From: an uncultured Clostridia bacterium
GTDB taxonomy: Bacteria > Bacillota > Clostridia > TANB77 > RGIG9151
DNA length: 32,000 nt
Assembly (NCBI GenBank): GCA_934500865.1
Contig: CAKSUD010000008.1
Span: forward strand, 1-32,000
Direction of reading: 5' to 3'
Shown here one piece after another: positions 8,752-16,998 of this stretch. Below the pieces are notes generated by a model. That model searched no databases, had not been told where the DNA came from, and saw only the letters and a list, made by a program, of their open reading frames with translations. The stretch's first letter is position 1. Each line of letters starts with the position of its first letter. Made by a program: the position numbers and the translations under genes.

Positions 8752-9642
8752 ATGGATTGGGAACTACTAAAGAAAAGGATTGTTTTTTGTGTGCTTATGT
8801 TCATAAATATAGTTATTTCAGCAATGTTTATTTCTTATATAATAAGCTTGTTTAAAATAGATGTGTCGAAGTATGAAGTGGCATCGGTAAAAGTTCCAAA
8901 GGCTTTTGACGGATTTCGTATACTTCAGCTTTCAGACTTACACAACAGAAGATTTGATAAGAATAATAAAAAGATTGTGAAAATAATTGAAAAGCAGAAG
9001 CCGGATATAATTGTTATGACGGGGGATATGGTAAGCTCTAATAGTGTTGGTTTTAGTAATTTCTTTTCATTGGTGGAGGAGCTAGATGGGAAGTATCCTA
9101 TTTACTATATTTTTGGTAATCACGAACAAAGACTTAGTGTAGAAAAACAAGCCATAATTATAGGAAAACTTCGAGAATACGGGGTTAAAGTCTTAAATAA
9201 TCAGCATGAGTTTATTACTAAGGATGACGAGAGTATAGAGATTTTTGGCTTAAAACAAGAACTTATTTATTATACGAATTATTTAAAGAGCAAGAAGACA
9301 TATTCCTATGAACAAAAAGATATGGAAAATGCTATTCGCAAATCAGATAGTAAAAAGTTTAATATTTTACTTGCACATAACCCTTTATATTTTGAAACAT
9401 ATGAAAAATGGGGAGCAGACTTAGTTTTTTCCGGACATGTACATGGCGGAATAATACAAATTCCTTTTATCGGCGGCTTTTTATCTCCTGAAAGAAAATT
9501 GTTCCCTAAGTATAGTGGCGGAGAATATGAAATAAATGATTCAAAGATGATAGTAAGTAGAGGACTTGGCTATACAAAGATAAATTTAAGATTTTTCAAT
9601 AATCCTGAAATTTGTGTTGTAGAGTTAAAGAATAAAAAATAA
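8752..9642 (+). CDS. Membrane-anchored metallophosphoesterase (calcineurin-like)
   Basis: N-terminal TM helix. Motifs LSDLHN, MTGDMV, GNHE, LAHNP and SGHVHGG. The AGGAGG RBS overlaps the stop codon of the upstream gene, suggesting an operon. Confidence 0.8.
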   Translation: MDWELLKKRIVFCVLMFINIVISAMFISYIISLFKIDVSKYEVASVKVPKAFDGFRILQLSDLHNRRFDKNNKKIVKIIEKQKPDIIVMTGDMVSSNSVGFSNFFSLVEELDGKYPIYYIFGNHEQRLSVEKQAIIIGKLREYGVKVLNNQHEFITKDDESIEIFGLKQELIYYTNYLKSKKTYSYEQKDMENAIRKSDSKKFNILLAHNPLYFETYEKWGADLVFSGHVHGGIIQIPFIGGFLSPERKLFPKYSGGEYEINDSKMIVSRGLGYTKINLRFFNNPEICVVELKNKK

Positions 9643-9643
9643 A

Positions 9644-9857
9644 TAGCACAGACGCAGTATATATAAATTAAGCGACTTTACGGAGTTTTTTACCGGTTCT
9701 CCAAATTTGCCGAAGGCAAAACCGTCAAAATTTCGCGGATGAAATTTTGAGCGAGAGTCGACAGGGATGTCGACTTTGAGCGACGGTTGGCAATTTGGAT
9801 AGAACCTCTAAAAACGTAGTCTTCGGAGCGGAATTTATATATGCTGCGTCTGTACTA
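9644..9857. repeat. 214-nt imperfect palindrome / structured element between convergent genes
   Basis: A 26-nt outer stem pairs 9644-9669 with 9832-9857 (24 Watson-Crick pairs, 1 G-U, 1 mismatch). Inner pairings include ggttct/agaacc and accgtc/gacggt. Three local hairpins sit at 9706-9720, 9726-9749 and 9756-9775 (the last has a GGGA tetraloop). The element is visibly richer in G/C than its flanks. Confidence 0.7.
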
Positions 9858-9874
9858 CTTTAAATACTTTTAGT

Positions 9875-12046
9875 TCAATTTTCACAAATCATTTCTTTTA
9901 GGTTCGAAAACCTATCTATTTTATTTAAATTTCGTACCATATATTCTATACTTGACATATTTCCTACAAATACCAGCATTTCTTTAGCACGTGTCATAGC
10001 TGTATATAGTAAGTTTCTTGTCATAAGTCTTTGACCGCCCATAAATACAGGGATAACGACTATTGGGAATTCACTTCCTTGACTTTTATGAACAGTTGTT
10101 GCAAATGCATGGTCTAATTCTTCCATTTGAACACTATCATATTCAACTTCTTTTCCATCATCAAAAATAACTCTAATCATTTCAGCTTCACTGTCAACCG
10201 CGATAATTCTGCCAATGTCTCCATTAAAAACACCGCTTCCTCGCTCAGAACCATTTACCCATTCTAAGTCATAATTATTTTTTATTTGCATAACTTTATC
10301 GGTTACTCTAAAAATTCTATCCCCTAAGGCAATTTGTTTTTTATATGAAGCGTAAGGATTAAGAACTTTTTGCAATTCTTTGTTCAAATTATTTGCACCA
10401 AGCACACCCTTTCGCATAGGAGTAATAACTTGAATGTCATCAATTGCATTACATTCTTTGAAATTAGGCAGTCTTTCGGACACTAGATTAATTACTTTTT
10501 TTATTATTTCGTCTGAGTTTCGTGCGTTTACTAAAAAGCTGTCTGTGTTTTCTTTGTTAAAAACAGGCAATTCTCCAGAATTAATGCTGTGCGCATTAAC
10601 AACAATCATACTTTCTCCTGCTTGTCTAAAAATTTTAGTTAGAGCAAATGTGCTTATTTTGCCTGATTCAATTAGGTCCTTTAAGACGTTTCCGGGGCCA
10701 ACTGATGGAAGTTGGTCGACATCTCCAACTAAAATTAAAGTCGTGGTGAGGGAAACTGCTTTAAGTAAATTACTCATTAAAATTACGTCTAGCATCGAAA
10801 CTTCGTCTACAATAACAACATCAGCTTCAATAGGAGTTACGTCTATTTCGACTAAAGCATTTCTATCATCGTCGTCGATATGTTTAATCTCAAGTAAGCG
10901 GTGGATAGTTTTCGCATCAATGCCGGAAGTTTCGCTAAGTCTTTTTGCGGCCCTTCCTGTTGGAGCACAAAGTACAACTTTTGCATCAAAGCTTTCTAGT
11001 GTTTTAATAATCGCCTTAACGATTGTTGTTTTACCTGTACCCGGTCCGCCTGTTATGATTGAGACTTGAGAGTCTAGTACACCTTTTACACAGTTTAATT
11101 GTTCTTCGGTTAATACAATTCCGTTTTCTAAAGTGTTTGCATATTCTGTAACTTTAAACTTAGAATTTATTTCTGTCATTTGAGTAAGCTTTAATGCTAT
11201 ATTTCTTTCAGCATTAAATAAAGAAGAAAGATATATTTTATCGTTATTATATATTCTTGTTTTTCCCTCTATTGCCATTTTCGCGATTGCGGAATCAATT
11301 GCTTCCGGATCTACTGATAAAAATTCAGTTAAGTATTCAACAATATTATTACGAGGTAGATTTGTGTGTCCTTCAAATGATGCCAAAGATAGCACATACT
11401 TTATACCGGCACAAATTCTTGTTTCGTTATTGTCGTCGATTCCAACATTTCTTGCGATTTGGTCTGCTACTTTAAATGAAATTCCATTACATACGTCAAG
11501 TAAAACGTATGGGTTCGATTTTACTGTATCTAAAGAATTAACTCCGAATGCTTTATATAATTTTACAGCATTTTTGTTTCCTATTCCGTAGTTGCCAAGG
11601 AATGAGATTAGCTTCCATAAATCCCATTGTTCATTTAGTGTACTGCTCATACTAAGAGCTTTTTCCATATTTATGCCACGAACTTCTGTGAGTCTTTCTG
11701 GTGTGTTTTTTATAACTTCTATTGTGTTTTCACCGAATTTTGTAACGAGTTTTCTTGCAGTAACTAATCCAACTCCTTTTATGATGCCGGATGCAAGATA
11801 TTTTTCGATAGCAGGAACTCCTTCGGGAAGGAATTTTTCAAACGTTTCTGCTTTTAGTTGCTTACCGTAGTCGGGATGATTTACCCAGTTACCGTTTGTC
11901 TTTATTTCTTCACCTACTTGAATGTACGGCAAAAAACCAACGACAGTGATTTCTTCATCGTCTTTGGTTAGGATATTGCATATTGTGTATCCATTTGTTT
12001 CATTTTTATATATAACTTCTATTATTTCTCCGCGTACTTCTATCAT
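9875..12046 (-). CDS. recD2: RecD2-type SF1 ATP-dependent DNA helicase (YrrC-like)
   Basis: 723 aa. Walker A (GGPGTGKTT), DEVSM, further SF1 motifs and N-terminal HhH-like modules. Length and architecture fit RecD2. Confidence 0.9.
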   Translation of the reverse strand: MIEVRGEIIEVIYKNETNGYTICNILTKDDEEITVVGFLPYIQVGEEIKTNGNWVNHPDYGKQLKAETFEKFLPEGVPAIEKYLASGIIKGVGLVTARKLVTKFGENTIEVIKNTPERLTEVRGINMEKALSMSSTLNEQWDLWKLISFLGNYGIGNKNAVKLYKAFGVNSLDTVKSNPYVLLDVCNGISFKVADQIARNVGIDDNNETRICAGIKYVLSLASFEGHTNLPRNNIVEYLTEFLSVDPEAIDSAIAKMAIEGKTRIYNNDKIYLSSLFNAERNIALKLTQMTEINSKFKVTEYANTLENGIVLTEEQLNCVKGVLDSQVSIITGGPGTGKTTIVKAIIKTLESFDAKVVLCAPTGRAAKRLSETSGIDAKTIHRLLEIKHIDDDDRNALVEIDVTPIEADVVIVDEVSMLDVILMSNLLKAVSLTTTLILVGDVDQLPSVGPGNVLKDLIESGKISTFALTKIFRQAGESMIVVNAHSINSGELPVFNKENTDSFLVNARNSDEIIKKVINLVSERLPNFKECNAIDDIQVITPMRKGVLGANNLNKELQKVLNPYASYKKQIALGDRIFRVTDKVMQIKNNYDLEWVNGSERGSGVFNGDIGRIIAVDSEAEMIRVIFDDGKEVEYDSVQMEELDHAFATTVHKSQGSEFPIVVIPVFMGGQRLMTRNLLYTAMTRAKEMLVFVGNMSSIEYMVRNLNKIDRFSNLKEMICEN

Positions 12047-12132
12047 TTAAAAATCCTCACTTTATTCTGACTAGATTTTATCACACAATTTTGTGCTATT
12101 CAATTAAAAAATATTAAATAAGAAGGAAAATG

Positions 12133-12161
12133 TTGACAAAAGCTTAACATATGTATATAAT
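12133..12161 (+). promoter_or_regulatory. Consensus sigma-A promoter driving a short non-coding transcript
   Basis: TTGACA, 17-nt spacer, TATAAT (exact consensus). No ORF or RBS lies downstream before the terminator. Confidence 0.6.
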
Positions 12162-12167
12162 ACAATT

Positions 12168-12241
12168 ATAGAGCGAGAGCTCTATAAATCGTATACATGA
12201 CAAATGCCAAAAGAAAAAGCGAGGGGGAGACCTCGCTTTTT
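12168..12241 (+). ncRNA. Candidate ~75-nt antisense sRNA (type I antitoxin-like)
   Basis: Runs from the predicted TSS to the intrinsic terminator. The 5' hairpin is TATAGAGC-gaga-GCTCTATA. A single-stranded 16-mer at 12184-12199 is perfectly complementary to the start-codon region of the convergent peptide mRNA. The 3' end overlaps that mRNA at the shared terminator. Confidence 0.45.
12214..12241. terminator. Bidirectional intrinsic terminator
   Basis: aaaaa-GCGAGG-gggaga-CCTCGC-ttttt: a G/C stem flanked by an A-run and a T-run. Confidence 0.7.
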
Positions 12242-12254
12242 CTTGTTTATTGTA

Positions 12255-12326
12255 CTAATAACATTGTGATGTAAGAAGAATAAATAGGATAAGTACAAAA
12301 AACAATATACGATAAATCGTATACAT
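12255..12326 (-). CDS. 23-aa hydrophobic peptide MYTIYRILFFVLILFILLTSQCY (type I toxin-like)
   Basis: GAGGAGGTGA RBS with 7-nt spacing to the ATG. A single predicted TM-like segment. The stop codon lies 14 nt before the bidirectional terminator. The longer ORF-track versions (12182-12424, 12255-12470) lack an RBS. Confidence 0.5.
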   Translation of the reverse strand: MYTIYRILFFVLILFILLTSQCY

Positions 12327-12369
12327 GCAATCACCTCCTCGTGGAAAGATTTGGCAATGCCATAAATAA

Positions 12370-12398
12370 TATATACCATATATGTAATAAAATGTAAA
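12370..12398 (-). promoter_or_regulatory. Candidate promoter for the 23-aa peptide mRNA
   Basis: On the minus strand: TTTACA, 17-nt spacer ending in TGg (extended -10), then TATATA. Confidence 0.4.
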
Positions 12399-12417
12399 TA
12401 GGTTTCTTTTAAAAATG

Positions 12418-12446
12418 TTGACAAAGGTTACATAATATGATACAAT
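12418..12446 (+). promoter_or_regulatory. Sigma-A promoter for the 86-aa ORF
   Basis: TTGACA, 17-nt spacer ending in TGa (extended -10), then TACAAT. It shares the 14-mer aaaatgttgacaaa with the promoter at 12133. Confidence 0.55.
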
Positions 12447-12529
12447 AAACTGTCTGTTCTTTATATACATATTTTGCAGTCTTTTTTGCGAAACAAAATT
12501 CTAATTCATTTCTTGAGGAGGAAATTATT

Positions 12530-12790
12530 ATGAAAAATTTTAGCAAAATCGATCGCGAGTTACGGCGTATGCTAGTTTGCACTTTTGGCTATTCTGAGGT
12601 CGAGGATGAGGTCAGAAAGCGATGCATTGAAGCAATTTGCAAAAAGGATATGAAGTATTTAAAGAGAGACTTAAATGTTTATTGCAGTAGTGAGGGAATT
12701 GATTATGAATTAAAAGCCGTGAGTGTGTGCCTTATCTTGTATAGATATGGGATTTGGCAATACGTTAAGAACAAGGTCTTGTATGGCTAA
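12530..12790 (+). CDS. Hypothetical small protein (86 aa)
   Basis: Strong RBS GAGGAGG, an upstream promoter and a downstream terminator. No family recognised. Confidence 0.6.
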   Translation: MKNFSKIDRELRRMLVCTFGYSEVEDEVRKRCIEAICKKDMKYLKRDLNVYCSSEGIDYELKAVSVCLILYRYGIWQYVKNKVLYG

Positions 12791-12794
12791 GAAT

Positions 12795-12838
12795 ACAGAG
12801 ATAGTGGAAAGTTTTTTCTGCTATCTCTGTATTTTTTT
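12795..12838 (+). terminator. Intrinsic terminator
   Basis: ACAGAGATAG...CTATCTCTGT: a 10-bp stem followed by a T-run. Confidence 0.75.
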
Positions 12839-12890
12839 AGAGATAAAAGAGAAAATAGTTAGTAATTAAGAACATTTATGGAGGAAAATT

Positions 12891-13541
12891 ATGAGGAGAA
12901 AAATTGCTATACTAATTATTTTTATTTATCTTTTTACAGGTACTAATTTTATAAAAGGTATTAATATGGAAACCGTTTCTTACTGGGGGTCGAGCGGAGA
13001 TGAGGTAATTCAAATTCAAAATAAGCTAAAGCAGTGGGGATACTATAATGGCGCGATAGACGGAAGTTACGGAAGTAAAACTTACCAAGCTGTAAAAAAC
13101 TTTCAAGCTAAAAATGGTTTGACGGCCGATGGGGTAGCGGGTACGAAAACTCTAGAAGCACTTGGAATATCTACGAAAAAGACAACTGCTAACAATAACG
13201 TAAATTTACTTGCACGAGCAATAAGTGGGGAGGCTAGAGGAGAGCCATATGAAGGGCAGGTTGCTGTTGGGGCAGTTATATTAAATAGAGTAAATAGCAG
13301 CAAATTCCCTAATACGCTTGCCGGAGTAATTTACCAATCGGGAGCGTTTGATTCTGTAAAGGATGGACAGATTAATATGGAGCCTACGTCAACAGCTCTA
13401 AAGGCAGCGCAAGATGCACTTAGTGGTTGGGATCCGACAGGTGGCTGCATTTACTTTTTTAATCCTTCAACTAGTACGAGCAAGTGGATATGGAGCAGAC
13501 CGATTGTACGAACAATTGGTAAACATTGCTTTGCCAAGTAA
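12891..13541 (+). CDS. sleB: Spore cortex-lytic enzyme, SleB-like (PG-binding domain plus Hydrolase_2)
   Basis: N-terminal signal/anchor sequence. PG_binding_1-like repeat (GYYNGAIDGSYGSKTYQAVKNFQAKNGLTADGVAG). SleB/CwlJ catalytic domain (ISGEARGEPYEGQVAVGAVILNRV...). Confidence 0.85.
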   Translation: MRRKIAILIIFIYLFTGTNFIKGINMETVSYWGSSGDEVIQIQNKLKQWGYYNGAIDGSYGSKTYQAVKNFQAKNGLTADGVAGTKTLEALGISTKKTTANNNVNLLARAISGEARGEPYEGQVAVGAVILNRVNSSKFPNTLAGVIYQSGAFDSVKDGQINMEPTSTALKAAQDALSGWDPTGGCIYFFNPSTSTSKWIWSRPIVRTIGKHCFAK

Positions 13542-13615
13542 TAATTGAAATGGAAGCCAAAATATGATAAAATTAGTAATGGATGTTGCAAATTATATAG
13601 TAAGAGGGAGAATAT

Positions 13616-14854
13616 ATGAAAAAAGTTATTGTTATTGGCGGTGGCGCGTCCGGCCTTATGGCTGCTGGGATTGCGGGAAAAAATGCTGATGTTTTAGTTT
13701 TGGAAAAGAACGATAGAGTTGGCAGAAAACTGGCTATTACAGGAAAGGGTAGATGTAATGTTACTAATTCTGCGGATATTAGTGAGTTTATAGAAAATAC
13801 TCCTGGAAATGGAAGGTTTTTATATAGCGCTTTTTATTCTTTTACAAATGATGATACAATTAACTTTTTCAATAAATTAGGTGTGAAGACTAAGGTGGAA
13901 CGTGGAGGAAGAGTATTTCCTGTATCAGATTCCGCTAAGGATATTGTTAATGCTCTTAGTAGGGTTCTACGAGAAAACAATGTAAAAATTAGATATAATG
14001 TGGTGGCTAAAGAAGTTATTACTGAAAATGGTAAAGTAGCAGGTGTTAAATTATCAAGCGGCGAGATTATAAATTGTGATAAGGTAATAATAGCTACAGG
14101 TGGGAAAAGCTATCCTGCAACAGGTTCTACCGGAGATGGATATGAGATTGCTAAAAAGCTTGGACATAAGATAATACCGCCTAAACCGTCGCTTGTAGGA
14201 TTAGTTTCATATACTGAATGGATACCTAAGTTACAGGGCTTATCGCTAAAAAACGTTGGATTTAGTTTATTTGATTCTAAAAATAAAGAAATATATTCGG
14301 ATTTTGGTGAAATGTTGTTTACACATTTTGGAGTTTCAGGGCCGATAGTCCTTAGTGGAAGTAGAGTGCTTCACAAGTATATGGATGAAAATAGATGTGT
14401 AAACGGAATAAAGGCAAGAATTGATTTAAAACCTGCATTAGACAATAAAAAACTTGATTTGAGAGTTCAACGTGATTTTCAAAAATATATAAATAAGGAA
14501 TTAAAAAATTCTTTGTATGATTTACTTCCTGAAAAGTTAGTGCCTGTTATAATTTCTCTGACAAAAATTGATGAGAGCAAAAAAGTGAATGTTATAACGG
14601 CTGAAGAAAGAAAGAGAATAGTCGAATTATTAAAGGGATTAGAGTTTGAAATAAATGAGCTTAGACCTATTGATGAGGCAATTATTACGGCCGGCGGAGT
14701 TTGTACTGATGAAATTAATCCTTCTACAATGGAATCGAAGATAGTTAATGGATTATACTTTTGTGGCGAAGTAATTGATGTTGATGCTTATACCGGTGGA
14801 TTTAATTTACAGATTGCATTTTCTACGGCATTTTTGGCAGGAAATAATATTTAA
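13616..14854 (+). CDS. NAD(P)/FAD-dependent oxidoreductase, HI0933/YhiN (BaiN-like) family
   Basis: GxGxxG Rossmann start (VIVIGGGASGLMAAG). Family-typical motifs (GKGRCNVTN, ATGGKSYP, GGFNLQ). Confidence 0.85.
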   Translation: MKKVIVIGGGASGLMAAGIAGKNADVLVLEKNDRVGRKLAITGKGRCNVTNSADISEFIENTPGNGRFLYSAFYSFTNDDTINFFNKLGVKTKVERGGRVFPVSDSAKDIVNALSRVLRENNVKIRYNVVAKEVITENGKVAGVKLSSGEIINCDKVIIATGGKSYPATGSTGDGYEIAKKLGHKIIPPKPSLVGLVSYTEWIPKLQGLSLKNVGFSLFDSKNKEIYSDFGEMLFTHFGVSGPIVLSGSRVLHKYMDENRCVNGIKARIDLKPALDNKKLDLRVQRDFQKYINKELKNSLYDLLPEKLVPVIISLTKIDESKKVNVITAEERKRIVELLKGLEFEINELRPIDEAIITAGGVCTDEINPSTMESKIVNGLYFCGEVIDVDAYTGGFNLQIAFSTAFLAGNNI

Positions 14855-14872
14855 TGGCTGACTAAATATAGA

Positions 14873-14906
14873 CTCTTTTGGAGATACTACTCCAGAAGAG
14901 TTTTTT
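14873..14906 (+). terminator. Intrinsic terminator after the flavoprotein gene
   Basis: CTCTTTTGGA-gatactac-TCCAGAAGAG (10 bp including one G-U) followed by TTTTTT. It overlaps the ORF-track start of the next ORF, which argues for a later start codon. Confidence 0.7.
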
Positions 14907-14925
14907 CTTTGGGAGGCAGATTGAG

Positions 14926-16152
14926 TTGAGTGAAAATGTGAAGAAAAATAATTTTTTAAGAATATGTGTTATAACGATTTTAATGCTTTTGTACTTATAT
15001 ATTACTGTTTATTCAGCGGTTCCGGACAAGATTACTATGATAGAGGGTAAGGAAATTTCTTATCCTTTTCATAATTTTATAACCATGTCACTTGATGCAG
15101 AATGTAGCGTAAAAGCAACAGGTGGCAAGCTTGTATCGTCTAAGGTAGGAAAAGAAAATGTAAAACTTTCATTGTTCGGAATTATACCATTAAAAAATGT
15201 GGACATAAATGTTATATCGGCCAATACAGTTATTGCTGGGGGAAATGTTATTGGGATAAAACTTAATACTCCTGGTCTTACGGTTGTTTCTCTTGAAAGC
15301 TTTGTGACAAGGGATTACTCTAAGGCGAAGCCATATGAAGGTAAGAACATTCAAAGGGGAGATATAATTTTAAGTATAAATGGCAAGGAAATAGAAAGTG
15401 TTGATGAATTTATAAATGAGTTACAAGTTTCTAAGGAAAATAAAATAACTTTAGAAATGATGAGAAATAATACTAAGTTTTATGAGACTTTTTGTGCAAA
15501 AATTGACAGAAATGACGGAAAGTATAAATTAGGAATTTGGGTAAAGAACGTTACTTCTGGTGTGGGAACTGTTACGTATATTAATCCGGAAAATGGCGAG
15601 TTTGGTGCACTCGGACATGGTATAAATGATATTGATGAAAGTGGTTTGCTAAAAATTAATGGCGGTAAGGCTTATGACGCTGTCGTTTTGTCTGTTAACA
15701 AAGGGAAAAAAGGAGCGCCTGGAGAGATAAGAGGAGCTATGAGAGAAGGAAGCGTTTTTGGAAGTGTTACTCAAAACACAACTCAGGGTATATTTGGATA
15801 TTTAACGGAAAATGTGGATGTGGAAAATAAGCAATATGAGATTGCGTTAAAGAACGAAGTGGTCCTGGGAGAGGCTAAAATTCTATGCACTGTTTCCGGA
15901 AATGAATGTACGGAGTATAAAATAAGAATTGAAAAAGCAAATTACAGTAACGAATTAGATTCAAAGGATATGGTAATTAGAGTGACGGATAGAAAGTTGC
16001 TAGAGGAAACCGGTGGAATTGTGCAGGGAATGAGTGGTAGCCCAATTATCCAAAATGGTAAAATAATAGGGGCTGTAACGCATGTGTTAATTAATGACCC
16101 GACGCGAGGGTATGGAATATTTATTGAAAATATGTTGGAAAATGCTGCTTAA
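14926..16152 (+). CDS. spoIVB: SpoIVB sporulation signalling serine peptidase (S55) with PDZ domain
   Basis: PDZ region (GDIILSINGKEIESVDEF). S55 catalytic region (GTVTYINPENGEFGALGHGI; GMSGSPIIQNGKIIGAVTHV). The TTG at 14926 lies 9 nt after GGGAGG. The GTG at 14938 is an alternative start. Confidence 0.9.
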   Translation: MSENVKKNNFLRICVITILMLLYLYITVYSAVPDKITMIEGKEISYPFHNFITMSLDAECSVKATGGKLVSSKVGKENVKLSLFGIIPLKNVDINVISANTVIAGGNVIGIKLNTPGLTVVSLESFVTRDYSKAKPYEGKNIQRGDIILSINGKEIESVDEFINELQVSKENKITLEMMRNNTKFYETFCAKIDRNDGKYKLGIWVKNVTSGVGTVTYINPENGEFGALGHGINDIDESGLLKINGGKAYDAVVLSVNKGKKGAPGEIRGAMREGSVFGSVTQNTTQGIFGYLTENVDVENKQYEIALKNEVVLGEAKILCTVSGNECTEYKIRIEKANYSNELDSKDMVIRVTDRKLLEETGGIVQGMSGSPIIQNGKIIGAVTHVLINDPTRGYGIFIENMLENAA

Positions 16153-16188
16153 CCTAAATGACCAAAAGGGACAGGTCTAAAAAATATA

Positions 16189-16231
16189 ACAGCTGTAATT
16201 TAGATATAATGGAAATTACAGCTGTTTTTTT
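16189..16231. terminator. Bidirectional terminator between spoIVB and dpaB
   Basis: ACAGCTGTAATTT...AAATTACAGCTGT: a 13-bp stem with T-runs on both strands. Confidence 0.75.
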
Positions 16232-16270
16232 GTGTGACCAAAAAGAACCGTCCCTAATGGTCAGAATTTA

Positions 16271-16861
16271 TTACTTTAATATTGGTTGGATTTGTTTGCC
16301 TTCTAGTGCTAGCTCTATTGTTGGTACTATTTTCTCTACGTCAAATGTGAGCGAGTTTGGTTTTGCGTCGGGTGCGTCTTGACCAAATGGAACAAAGTAG
16401 AAGTTTTTTGTTGCGAGTAATGTTCCTATATTTTTTGCACTTAAGCCTAGGGCATCATTTGTGGAAATACCTAAAACTACTGGTTTGTTGTTTCTAAGGT
16501 GTGATTTTGTTGCCATAAGAATTGTGTCATCTATTATTGAATAAGTAAGTTTTGCAACGGTATTTCCTGTGCAGGGTGCTATTAGCATTAAGTCTATCAT
16601 ATTTTTAGGTCCTATTGGTTCTGCGTCTACAATTGTTAAGACTGGTTCATTTTTTGTTAATTCTTTTATGTTTTCTTGAAATTCAGTGGCGTCATTGAAA
16701 CGCGTATCATATACTTGGACATGAGACGAGAGTATTGGAATGACTTCGGCTCCTGCTTTTTGAATAGAAGTTATAATTTCTGGTACTTTTGAGAAATTGC
16801 AAAAAGAACCTGTGATTCCAAGTCCTATTTTCTTTCCTTCAAGTGTCATATATTTCACCAT
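16271..16861 (-). CDS. dpaB: Dipicolinate synthase subunit B (SpoVFB/DpaB flavoprotein)
   Basis: Close by-eye match along the full length to B. subtilis SpoVFB (GKKIGLGITGSFCNF; AEPIGPK; NNKPVVLGISTNDALGL; FVPFGQD). Confidence 0.85.
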   Translation of the reverse strand: MVKYMTLEGKKIGLGITGSFCNFSKVPEIITSIQKAGAEVIPILSSHVQVYDTRFNDATEFQENIKELTKNEPVLTIVDAEPIGPKNMIDLMLIAPCTGNTVAKLTYSIIDDTILMATKSHLRNNKPVVLGISTNDALGLSAKNIGTLLATKNFYFVPFGQDAPDAKPNSLTFDVEKIVPTIELALEGKQIQPILK

Positions 16862-16998
16862 CCTTTGTTAATTAGTATATGAATGATAGTTAAAAAACGA
16901 CAATTCAAAGTATGAATTTGCGTTTTTTGGCTTTATTATTTTTGTGGTTTATGGTAGAATAGTAGGGTAATTGAGATTATTTAGTAGAGAGTGATAAT

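Noticed and set aside
12182-12470. The 80-aa and 71-aa minus-strand ORFs from the ORF track across the recD2-proximal intergenic region.
   Set aside because: Their upstream starts have no RBS, and the 80-aa ORF also reads through the terminator hairpin. Only the last 23 codons of the 71-aa frame are preceded by a strong SD. I therefore called the short peptide instead.
16159-16264. An outer inverted repeat (TGACCAAAAGGGAC / GTCCCTAATGGTCA) enclosing the spoIVB/dpaB terminator hairpin.
   Set aside because: It is real in the sequence (12 of 14 positions pair). The simplest explanation is an extended bidirectional terminator region between convergent genes, and nothing else supports a separate element.
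16158-16382. 74-aa plus-strand ORF after spoIVB.
   Set aside because: It spans the bidirectional terminator hairpin and overlaps the 3' end of dpaB on the other strand. It has no RBS.
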